In this document: positions 15,091 to 23,137 of the stretch, one piece after another
How positions within the stretch are numbered: the first letter of the stretch is position 1
How the letters are laid out: each line of letters starts with the position of its first letter
Assembly (NCBI GenBank): GCA_044346305.1
Contig: JBIIZK010000001.1
Coordinates: 15,525 to 39,524 of the forward strand
Length of the DNA stretch: 24,000 nucleotides
Origin: Bacilli bacterium
GTDB lineage: Bacteria > Bacillota_I > Bacilli_A > RFN20 > CAG-826
Direction of reading: 5' to 3'
Made by a program: the position numbers and the translations under genes
Notes under the pieces: model-generated
What the model was told of the DNA's origin: nothing
The model's input: the letters and a program-made list of their open reading frames with translations, nothing else
Databases searched by the model: none

Positions 15091-15750
15091 TTAACGGGTG
15101 ACAGGTTGAACAACATCTGCAAAAAATAAGGTTCTTGCAGTTTGATGCCACGGGATGACCCAAGCCAAGAGAACCCCAAAAGTAAATATTGATAAAACAT
15201 ACCAACCAAGATATCCAAGATCAAGCATGAACAGATCAAGTTTATGTCCATCCATGAGTTTCCTTGATTTGGTGATGGCGTTGATTGGTGAAAGAAGGCG
15301 ATCTTGAACAATTAAATAAGACGTCAATGCATAACTATAACTTTTGATAATTCCAGGAATAATAAATAGTAAAGTCCAGAATCCTAAAAAGAAACTTTGA
15401 ATTAAATTTAACAAAGGTGCGCGTAGAGGTTGATCTTTGATACCCGCTAACAAAGCATCTTCAATGATGGGTTGTTCGTTTTTCGTGATCCCAATATACG
15501 TTTTTGTCATGCCAAATAAAACATATCCACCTAACATCACACCGATGAGATTAAACAATTGGTATAAGCCTGGATTACCAGGGTTAATGACTGCAAATGT
15601 GGTTTCATCAAGCGTGGGAGCAAAAGGCGAACCAATCCCAACCACCGTACTAACTATCACTGAAAACACCAAACTGATTAAAAATAGATTGAGAATTTTC
15701 CCTTTGGTTAGCTCTCGACCAAGACGACGATATTCAATATTTTTATTCAT
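15091..15750 (-). CDS. DUF975-family integral membrane protein
   Basis: AITKSRKLMDGHKLDLFMLDLGYLGWYVLSIFTFGVLLAWVIPWHQT resembles the conserved DUF975 C-terminal block. Multiple TM segments. AAGGAG lies 7 nt upstream. Confidence 0.75.
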   Translation of the reverse strand: MNKNIEYRRLGRELTKGKILNLFLISLVFSVIVSTVVGIGSPFAPTLDETTFAVINPGNPGLYQLFNLIGVMLGGYVLFGMTKTYIGITKNEQPIIEDALLAGIKDQPLRAPLLNLIQSFFLGFWTLLFIIPGIIKSYSYALTSYLIVQDRLLSPINAITKSRKLMDGHKLDLFMLDLGYLGWYVLSIFTFGVLLAWVIPWHQTARTLFFADVVQPVTR

Positions 15751-15801
15751 GATAAAACTCCTTGTATCTTTAACATACTACATGCCTGTTGGATTATGAC
15801 A

Positions 15802-16233
15802 TTACTCAAGTGTAATTTGAAATGATTTTAGTTTCATTTTAATGTCTTCAGAAATTGGTGTTGACGTTTTGGTCTTATTGCTAACTTGAACCACAATCGT
15901 TTCAGAAGTCGCGACCAATTGTCCGTGTTGATAAAGATTAGCCGCAATCACCAATGAACTATTGCCTATTCGAGAAATCCCTGTGCCAATATCAACGTTA
16001 CCGGGCCAATTGATTTCGGCAAGTAGCTCTACCGTGGACTTGGCGACGACAAAAGAACAATCATTAGAAAGGAACTGGTTGGAAGGTTTGTACAACATCT
16101 CGACGCGACCAGTTTCAAAATAAGAAGCAAACACGGCGTTATTGACGTGGCCTTGTCGATCTGTGTCTCCATAACGAACTTTATCAAAGGTTACAAAAGG
16201 GAAGGCGGTCATTGGTAATTGTTTTTGTCTCAT
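15802..16233 (-). CDS. Acyl-CoA thioesterase, 4HBT/YbgC-like hotdog fold
   Basis: VRYGDTDRQGHVNNAVFASYFETGRVE is the typical 4HBT catalytic-Asp N-terminal motif. The length of 143 aa fits. AAGGAA lies 7 nt upstream. Confidence 0.85.
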   Translation of the reverse strand: MRQKQLPMTAFPFVTFDKVRYGDTDRQGHVNNAVFASYFETGRVEMLYKPSNQFLSNDCSFVVAKSTVELLAEINWPGNVDIGTGISRIGNSSLVIAANLYQHGQLVATSETIVVQVSNKTKTSTPISEDIKMKLKSFQITLE

Positions 16234-16311
16234 ATAAATTTCCTTAAGTTAAGCATAATCGATTTTTATTATTTTAAAATAGTTTATATTGTACCTAAGG
16301 AAATAAAATCT

Positions 16312-16710
16312 ATGAAAACAGACAACGTTCAATTGCAATTCTCAAATACCTTTGTTGGATCGATGACCTCACCAAGTGGCCGTGTGGTTCTTGGATCTCA
16401 ACCAGACGGTATTGCTCCTTATCATTTACTTTATGGAGCGGTTGGTTCTTGCTTCTATTCCACCTTTCTAAGTGTTGCCAATAAGAAAAAATTAATCTTT
16501 AAAGATGCGAATCTAGACATTAGCGGAACCAAAAGAGACACAATCCCTGCTACCCTTGAATACTTAAAAATTGTCTTAACCATTCGTGGTGGTCAAGACG
16601 AAGCGCAATTAAAAACCTCTGCAGAATTAGGGGCAAAGTATTGTTCTATTCACGAAACCATTAGCAAAGTAGCAAAGATTGATTTAGTCGTTAATTTTGT
16701 TCGTGGATGA
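16312..16710 (+). CDS. OsmC/Ohr-family protein
   Basis: Track ORF 16219..16710, trimmed to the ATG at 16312, with AAGGA about 10 nt upstream. GIAPYHLLYGAVGSCFYSTF and LGAKYCSIHETI carry the two conserved Cys of the OsmC fold. Confidence 0.78.
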   Translation: MKTDNVQLQFSNTFVGSMTSPSGRVVLGSQPDGIAPYHLLYGAVGSCFYSTFLSVANKKKLIFKDANLDISGTKRDTIPATLEYLKIVLTIRGGQDEAQLKTSAELGAKYCSIHETISKVAKIDLVVNFVRG

Positions 16711-18038
16711 AGTTACCTGAACTATTTTTAAAACGGATGGAAAAAAACCTTCCCAAGGAAGGTTTTTCTTCATTTGTAGCAAGTTTATTAAAACCCGCTG
16801 TTCAGGGCATAAGGATTCATCAAGATCCTAAACAATTGCTCCATCAATTAGCTCCCAAACCCATCCCATGGCACCCTATCGGTCGTTATCTTGGCGAAAG
16901 TTTAATCAATGGAAACCATCCCTACCATCATGCAGGTGCATTTTATTTTCAAGAACCATCCGCAATGGCAGTGGTGCCAATGATGGACGTTCAACCTGAT
17001 GACATGGTTTTGGATCTAGCGGCAGCACCGGGAAGTAAAACCACTGATATCGCACGGCAACTATCACAAGATGGGTTCTTGGTTGCAAACGATGTTGACA
17101 CAAAACGTTCACAAATTTTAATGCACAACGTCGAACGAATGGGATTAACCCAAGTGGTCGTTACTCAACATGACCCTCACCATCTAAGCAATATCTTCCC
17201 TCACTTTTTTAACAAAATTCTTATTGATGCTCCGTGTAGCGGAGAAGGCATGTTTCGTAAAGATCCCCAAGCCATTGAGGCTTGGTCAATGGAACATGTT
17301 CAAATGTGCGCGGTCCGGCAATCGATTCTATTAAATGCTGCAACAAAATTACTTAAGTCGGGTGGCACCATTGTTTACTCAACCTGTACTTTTTCATTAG
17401 AAGAAAACGAACAATTAATACAAAACTTTATTCAACTTAACCCAATGTTTAAAGTAATCACACATCCAATTCAAACGATGTTTGATTCGCAAACCACCCA
17501 AGGTATTGGCGTCAAACTTTGGCCTCATCAACTCGAAGGAGAAGGTCATTATGTGGTGATCTTACAACACCAAGGCGTCAAAGAACCAAGAATGAAGTTT
17601 CAACATCGGATGCGAAACCCTATGCCTTCACCGTGGCGAACGTTTGCAAAAGAGACTTTAACCAATCAACGAATTGAACCCAACTTTATGTTAGACGATC
17701 GTTTTTTTATGATTCCAACTCGGTATGCGTATCACCCCGCGTTGCACACCTTACGCGCCGGTGTTTTTTTAGGAGAAATGAAAAAAGATTATTTTTATCC
17801 TTCTCACCACCTTGCTCATGTATTAACCAACCTAGATGTCAAACGATGGGTTAATTTCCGTCATGATGAACAACAACTTATTGCCTACATGCGCGGAGAA
17901 GAAATACAAGTTTCTTTATCAGAAGGTTGGGCACTTGTCACCGTGGATGGATTGTCACTGGGCTGGGGAAAAATCTCCCAAGGGAGAATGAAAAATCATT
18001 ATCCGAAAGGGTTAAGATTAACCCAATCGCGAGTATAA
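16707..18038 (+). CDS. rsmF: rRNA cytosine-C5 methyltransferase, RsmF/RsmB (NOL1/NOP2/Sun) family with a C-terminal PUA-like extension
   Basis: FYFQEPSAM, LDLAAAPGSKTT, DAPCSGEGMFRKDP and YSTCTFSLEENE, which hold the two catalytic Cys motifs. The start overlaps the OsmC stop (ATGA). Confidence 0.88.
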   Translation: MKLPELFLKRMEKNLPKEGFSSFVASLLKPAVQGIRIHQDPKQLLHQLAPKPIPWHPIGRYLGESLINGNHPYHHAGAFYFQEPSAMAVVPMMDVQPDDMVLDLAAAPGSKTTDIARQLSQDGFLVANDVDTKRSQILMHNVERMGLTQVVVTQHDPHHLSNIFPHFFNKILIDAPCSGEGMFRKDPQAIEAWSMEHVQMCAVRQSILLNAATKLLKSGGTIVYSTCTFSLEENEQLIQNFIQLNPMFKVITHPIQTMFDSQTTQGIGVKLWPHQLEGEGHYVVILQHQGVKEPRMKFQHRMRNPMPSPWRTFAKETLTNQRIEPNFMLDDRFFMIPTRYAYHPALHTLRAGVFLGEMKKDYFYPSHHLAHVLTNLDVKRWVNFRHDEQQLIAYMRGEEIQVSLSEGWALVTVDGLSLGWGKISQGRMKNHYPKGLRLTQSRV

Positions 18039-19445
18039 ATCCAAGTAGGCACCACTAGAAGCATCCCAGTCATGGTTTGCATCATAGGCGTTCGTTTGTA
18101 ATTTTTTTAATTTGTTTGGTTGTTGATAAATATCCATCGCTTGATTCATTGCCCAACCCAAAGCATCCCCTGTGTAATGTGAAAAACTAAAACCTGTAGA
18201 TTGCTCACCGTTCATCGGGTAACCTTGAACTGTATCGATTAAACCACCCGTTTCACGAACAATCGGAAGAGTTCCATATCGCTTGGCAATCATTTGGGAA
18301 ATGCCACAAGGTTCAAACAAAGATGGCATTAAGAAAAAATCACTACTCGCATAAATTTGGTGTGCGACCGGATTGTTGTAACCTAGAATTACTCTGACAG
18401 CTTTTGGATACTTATTCTCAAAGTATTTCAATTGGTTTTCAAGATGAGACTCACCGGCTCCAAGGAACATAAATTTTGCTCCAGCTTGAACGAAGTGATC
18501 AAGATTATCTAAAACCAATTGAATTCCTTTTTGGAAGGTAAGGCGACTGACCAAACCGAACAAAGGATATTGAGGATGTTCTAATCCGAAGGTTTTAAAG
18601 AGTTGAGCTTTATTTTTTTCTTTGGTGGTTTGTAATTGTTGACGAATGATCGGGGTGGCTAGGTGAGGATCGGTGAGTGGATTCCATTCATCGGTATCGA
18701 TGCCATTAAGGATGCCACTAAACTTATCACGGTAAAGATACAAAATGGCATGAAGCCCAAAACTTCCCTCATACGTTAACAATTCATTCGCGTGTGTTTT
18801 GGAAACGGTGGTAATCTGATCACAATACACAATCGCTGCCTTTAATGTTGAAGCTTTATCTTGAAAACGCAAGGCACCATTGTCATAAAGTTCGTGACTT
18901 AAACCATAAAAGTCTTCAACAAGGTTACTAGAAAAATCACCATGAAATGCTGGGCTATGAATGGTGAGCACAAACTTCATCTTTTGATAAAAAAGATTAT
19001 GTTTTTCTTTTTCTCTGATTAACACTGGCAACATTCCTGCTGGCCAATCATGGAGATGAACGATGTCTGGTTGGAAACCAATCACCGGCATCATGTGGCG
19101 AACCGCGTGGACAAAGGCAGCCCAACGTTCATGTTCATCAGGATATCCGTACACACCGTCCCGATCAAAATAATAAGGGGCGTCAATTAAATAATACGTA
19201 ATTCCATCGATGATGGTTTTTAAAATGCCAACGGTATGTTTCCGCCATGATAAAAAGACATCGATATGGCCTAAGAACGTGGTCACAATATTTTTTTGAT
19301 ATTTTAAGGATTTGTATAACGGTAAAACGATTGCAACGTCGTGTTTTTGTTTAACATAAGCTTTAGATAGGCTATACACCACATCACCCAATCCACCAAC
19401 TTTGATTAACGGGTTGGCTTCAGAGGCGACCATCAGAATCTTCAT
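18018..19445 (-). CDS. glgA: Glycogen synthase (ADP-glucose type)
   Basis: MKILMVASEANPLIKVGGLGDVVYSL (KxGGL motif), the HDW block and FLMPSLFEPCGISQM. 475 aa. The 3' end overlaps convergent rsmF by 21 nt. Confidence 0.95.
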   Translation of the reverse strand: MKILMVASEANPLIKVGGLGDVVYSLSKAYVKQKHDVAIVLPLYKSLKYQKNIVTTFLGHIDVFLSWRKHTVGILKTIIDGITYYLIDAPYYFDRDGVYGYPDEHERWAAFVHAVRHMMPVIGFQPDIVHLHDWPAGMLPVLIREKEKHNLFYQKMKFVLTIHSPAFHGDFSSNLVEDFYGLSHELYDNGALRFQDKASTLKAAIVYCDQITTVSKTHANELLTYEGSFGLHAILYLYRDKFSGILNGIDTDEWNPLTDPHLATPIIRQQLQTTKEKNKAQLFKTFGLEHPQYPLFGLVSRLTFQKGIQLVLDNLDHFVQAGAKFMFLGAGESHLENQLKYFENKYPKAVRVILGYNNPVAHQIYASSDFFLMPSLFEPCGISQMIAKRYGTLPIVRETGGLIDTVQGYPMNGEQSTGFSFSHYTGDALGWAMNQAMDIYQQPNKLKKLQTNAYDANHDWDASSGAYLDLYSRLG

Positions 19446-20557
19446 TAAATGTTTTCTCCCTGTTTAATATAAAGGGGGATATCTTTGCCTGCAAGAAGTT
19501 TTGTTTTTTCTACACGGACATATTTATCAATGATCGCATGCTGGATGCTGACATCTTTGCCAACTCGTGAATCTGTAAAGATAATGGCGTCTTTGACGGT
19601 TGCTCCAACCTCAATAGTAACGTTACGAGAAATGATTGAATTGATCACGGTGCCATAGATTTTTGCGCCATTGGCAATCATGCTATTTTTAACGATTGAA
19701 GAAGAACCAAAACGAGCAGGGGGTGTGTTGTGTGAAATCGTGTAAATAGGCCAATCATCAGTAAAAAACTTATTTCGGAATCCGTAATCAAGAAACGCCA
19801 TTGAGTTTTCAAAATAACTTTCCAAGCTATCAAAGGGTCTGACGTAACCGGTGTAACGATAAGAGGCAAATGTCTGCTTTTCTTGGGTTAACAAGAAACG
19901 AAGAATTTCTTTAATCCCAAAAGTTGCTGAAATTTTAGGACCCATCTCCATGATTTGATTAAGGAATGATTTTGAAATCACATAAGTATCTAAACTAATG
20001 TCTAGCTCTTCTTTTGTCCCTTGATTCTGAATCATATGACTGACTCGTCCTTGGGTCAACGTTACTGCGTCTGCAAGTAAAAATTGTTTCTTGCCTTGTT
20101 TGACTTTGGTGACAACCAAGGTAATCGGTTCTTGGTTTTCAAGATGCTCTTTGATAATGGGTTTAAAGTCGAGCGTATACAACAGATCGATAGGAGCAAT
20201 CACGATCACGTCTGGTTTATGATCAAGGATAAGCCAGTCATTGGCTTTTAAGTTATTTAAATCGTGATTATATAAAGGGTTGTTTGCGTTCTTTTCGTTA
20301 TACAAGACTTGTTCAAATCCAAGTTTGGTGTTGTTATTAAAGACATTGGTGGACCCTAAGTGTTTCATAATCGAACGTGGCTGGGTTTCAATTAGAATCC
20401 CTACTTTATCAATGCCTGAGTTAGAAAAATTAGAGAGCGTTAGATCCATTAATCCATATCGACCAAGAAAACTTGTTGATCCAAGTGGTCTATTTTCTGT
20501 CAATGGGCCAAGGTTTTTGTTGCCGTGGAGGTTAGCAAACCCCATGATTTTTGCCAT
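19445..20557 (-). CDS. glgD: Glucose-1-phosphate adenylyltransferase, GlgD (non-catalytic/regulatory) subunit
   Basis: It is a paralog of GlgC but lacks the GGxGxRL motif (it has NLHGNKNLGPLTENRPLGSTSFLGRYGLMDLTLSNFSNSGI). It sits between glgC and glgA, as in Bacillota glg operons. C-terminal left-handed beta-helix repeats are present. Confidence 0.9.
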   Translation of the reverse strand: MAKIMGFANLHGNKNLGPLTENRPLGSTSFLGRYGLMDLTLSNFSNSGIDKVGILIETQPRSIMKHLGSTNVFNNNTKLGFEQVLYNEKNANNPLYNHDLNNLKANDWLILDHKPDVIVIAPIDLLYTLDFKPIIKEHLENQEPITLVVTKVKQGKKQFLLADAVTLTQGRVSHMIQNQGTKEELDISLDTYVISKSFLNQIMEMGPKISATFGIKEILRFLLTQEKQTFASYRYTGYVRPFDSLESYFENSMAFLDYGFRNKFFTDDWPIYTISHNTPPARFGSSSIVKNSMIANGAKIYGTVINSIISRNVTIEVGATVKDAIIFTDSRVGKDVSIQHAIIDKYVRVEKTKLLAGKDIPLYIKQGENI

Positions 20558-20559
20558 GG

Positions 20560-21666
20560 TTATGGTTGAACCAACACAATGTTGGTGCCTCCTTGAACAG
20601 ACCGATCAACTTTCATGTTGGGCGAAACAACGACCCGTGAAAGTATGGTGCCACTTTTAATAGTCGCACCAGGCATAATCACTGAATCGGTGACGGTAGC
20701 ACCTTCTTCAATAATCACATCATGGAAAATCACGCTGTGATTAACTGTGCCAAAAATAACCGCCCCTTGATTTACCAAAGAATTTTTAACCTTGGCATGT
20801 TCGCCTAGATATTGAGGTAGACTTCGGGTGTCTTCTGTAAACAATTTTAAATCATCGTTCAGTAATAATGATTTAGCATCGGTTTGATCAATCAAATCCA
20901 TGTTTGCTTCCCAAAGAGAATCAATCGTGCCAACATCTCGCCAATAACCTTTAAATGGATACGCTAATAATCGTTTCTTCTGTTTAAGTAAGTTTGGAAT
21001 AATGTTTTTTCCGAAATCGTGTTCTGAAGATTCATCTTTGGCGTCTGCGATTAACGCTTGTCGAAGGTCTTTGTAATTAAAAATATAAATCCCCATCGAT
21101 GCCAAGGTAGATGTTGGTGAGGATGGTTTTTCTTCAAACTGAACAACAAAGTTTTCTTCGTCTACAGTCATTATTCCAAAACGAGAAGCTTCTTTTTTTT
21201 CAACGTTAATGACAGCCACGGTTAAATCAGCCTTAGCTTGTTTGTGTGCTTCTAACATGAACTGGTAATTCATCCGATAGATGTGATCACCAGATAAAAT
21301 GAGAACATAAGATGGTTTTAAGTTATCGAGAAAATCAATATTCTGATAAATGGCATCCGCAGTTCCACGGTACCAAACATTACCTTCTTCGGTTTGCCGA
21401 GGTGGCAACGTTGCGGTTAAAGAATGGATACCATTCAAACCCCATTTTTCTCCATTGCCAATATAGTTATTTAGCAAGATAGATTCGTACTGGGTTAAAA
21501 CTCCAACGGTATCTATGCCGCTATTGGCGCAATTTGACAAAGGAAAATCAATAATTCGATATTTACCACCGAAGTTAACAGCGGGTTTTGCTATTTTCTT
21601 GGTTAAGGTTTCGAGGCGTGTGCCTTTACCACCTGCAAGCAACATGGCTACAAATTCTTTTTCCAA
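20560..21666 (-). CDS. glgC: Glucose-1-phosphate adenylyltransferase catalytic subunit
   Basis: VAMLLAGGKGTRLETLTKKIAKPAVNFGGKYRIIDFPLSNCANSGIDTVGVLTQY. TTG start at 21666 with AGAGGTGA 6 nt upstream. Confidence 0.95.
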   Translation of the reverse strand: MEKEFVAMLLAGGKGTRLETLTKKIAKPAVNFGGKYRIIDFPLSNCANSGIDTVGVLTQYESILLNNYIGNGEKWGLNGIHSLTATLPPRQTEEGNVWYRGTADAIYQNIDFLDNLKPSYVLILSGDHIYRMNYQFMLEAHKQAKADLTVAVINVEKKEASRFGIMTVDEENFVVQFEEKPSSPTSTLASMGIYIFNYKDLRQALIADAKDESSEHDFGKNIIPNLLKQKKRLLAYPFKGYWRDVGTIDSLWEANMDLIDQTDAKSLLLNDDLKLFTEDTRSLPQYLGEHAKVKNSLVNQGAVIFGTVNHSVIFHDVIIEEGATVTDSVIMPGATIKSGTILSRVVVSPNMKVDRSVQGGTNIVLVQP

Positions 21667-21720
21667 AGAATCTCACCTCTTTGAATTTATTTTACCACGA
21701 ACAGAACAACCCTTTGCCGT

Positions 21721-21726
21721 TATAAT
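21721..21726 (+). promoter_or_regulatory. -10 box (TATAAT) positioned for a leaderless transcript of the amidase gene
   Basis: TATAAT at 21721..21726, then 9 nt (aaaatcacg), then the ATG at 21736. No SD. It lies in the glgC/amidase divergent region. Confidence 0.4.
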
Positions 21727-21735
21727 AAAATCACG

Positions 21736-23097
21736 ATGATTAAAGCATTACAACACCAACTCTTTAAAGGTGAAAAGACCTCTGTTCAATTAGTCAGAGA
21801 CGTTATTGAAAAGAATCATCAATGTAAGGATAAAAACTCAATCGCGATGATTTCTCCTTCGGCGTTAACTGTTGCGCGTCAACGTGATCTTGAAAGAAAA
21901 CAAGGAAAGATCAAAGGATCCCTTCACGGGATTCCTGTCTTAATCAAAGACAATATTTTGTTTGCCGATGGCACCCCAACCACAGCCAATAGTTTTGCCC
22001 TCAAAGATTTTATTCCAAGCAAGAATGCACCTTTAATTGATGGTCTACTTGCCGCTGGTGCAATCATTGTTGGCAAAGCCAACTTGTCAGAATTTGCTTA
22101 TTTTATGGGTGATGAAAAGATGCCTTCTGGGTACGGTTCCATGTATGGACAAGTTAAACATCCAGTTGATGAATCCATTGATCCCTTAGGGTCAAGCACA
22201 GGAAGTGCAGTTGCCGTTGCCTTGGGGGTTGTTGCCATAGCGATTGGCACAGAAACCAATGGATCATTGATGGCCCCAGCGTTTCAAAATCAAATCGTCT
22301 CGTTTAAACCAACCGTAGGGATGGTGTCAACCAACGGCATCATTCCCATTTCTCCAAGCCAAGATACGGCTGGACCGATGGCAACTTCCGTGGAAGATTG
22401 TGCAATTTTAATGGATGCAATGAGCTTAGCACAACCCAAAGATATCAACCAACAACCTATCCAACGACCTGCTAGTTTCCTTGAAAACATTCATCATCCA
22501 CTTGGGCAACAACAAATAGGTATTGTTATCTTTGATCAACACCCTTATGACAAGAATGATAAAAAAATCCTGAATCAAACAAAATCAGCATTAAAAAAAT
22601 TAGGGCACAACGTTAAAGACATTCATATGACTTTACCTAAGTTAGACAATTATCCAACGTTATTAAGAGAGTTTAAAGTTAGTCTTAATGAATTCTTAAG
22701 CCAACATCGTCAAGAGGGTTGTCCATCTTCACTCGCATCCATTATTTCAATCAATCACGCCAATCCAGATCGCTGCCTTCGTTATGGCCAAGCAACGTTA
22801 ATCGCAAGTGAGGCGATGCCAAACAAACTCGATGAAGAATTTAACCAACTTCACGCTAGCCTAAAAACCGAAGCTGCAGGATTTCAAACGTGTCTTGAAC
22901 AAGAAAACCTTGATGCATTAATCACGCCAACTTGGTTAGGTTTTGCTCCAATTTATGGAAACCCATCGCTTTGTTTACCTATGGGATATCATGAAAAAAA
23001 ACCAAAAGGAATTGTCTTGGTTAGTAAATTCGGCCATGATGCAGAATTACTCCAATTGGGTTATCAATTGGATGAACTCCTTAAACAGGTAAAGTAA
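21736..23097 (+). CDS. Amidase-signature (AS) family amidase
   Basis: GIPVLIKDN (catalytic Lys) and the Gly/Ser-rich signature GSSTGSAVAVALGVVAIAIGTETNGSLMAPA (cis-Ser/Ser). 453 aa. Confidence 0.88.
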   Translation: MIKALQHQLFKGEKTSVQLVRDVIEKNHQCKDKNSIAMISPSALTVARQRDLERKQGKIKGSLHGIPVLIKDNILFADGTPTTANSFALKDFIPSKNAPLIDGLLAAGAIIVGKANLSEFAYFMGDEKMPSGYGSMYGQVKHPVDESIDPLGSSTGSAVAVALGVVAIAIGTETNGSLMAPAFQNQIVSFKPTVGMVSTNGIIPISPSQDTAGPMATSVEDCAILMDAMSLAQPKDINQQPIQRPASFLENIHHPLGQQQIGIVIFDQHPYDKNDKKILNQTKSALKKLGHNVKDIHMTLPKLDNYPTLLREFKVSLNEFLSQHRQEGCPSSLASIISINHANPDRCLRYGQATLIASEAMPNKLDEEFNQLHASLKTEAAGFQTCLEQENLDALITPTWLGFAPIYGNPSLCLPMGYHEKKPKGIVLVSKFGHDAELLQLGYQLDELLKQVK

Positions 23098-23137
23098 AAA
23101 GAAAGCAATTCATTGATTTTTATCATAAAATTAAACC

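Noticed and set aside
14644-15311. Track ORFs 14644..14904 (+), 14929..15129 (+) and 14937..15311 (-)
   Set aside because: These are alternate-frame or antisense ORFs over the DUF4256 and DUF975 genes, and they run through the terminator hairpin.
15437-15799. Track ORF (120 aa, plus strand)
   Set aside because: It is antisense to the DUF975 gene.
16906-17112. Track ORF (68 aa, minus strand)
   Set aside because: It is antisense within rsmF.
19678-20660. Track ORFs 19678..19869 (-) and 20280..20660 (+)
   Set aside because: These are alternate-frame or antisense ORFs within glgD and glgC.
21515-21739. Track ORF (74 aa, plus strand)
   Set aside because: It is antisense to the glgC 5' end and runs through the divergent promoter region.
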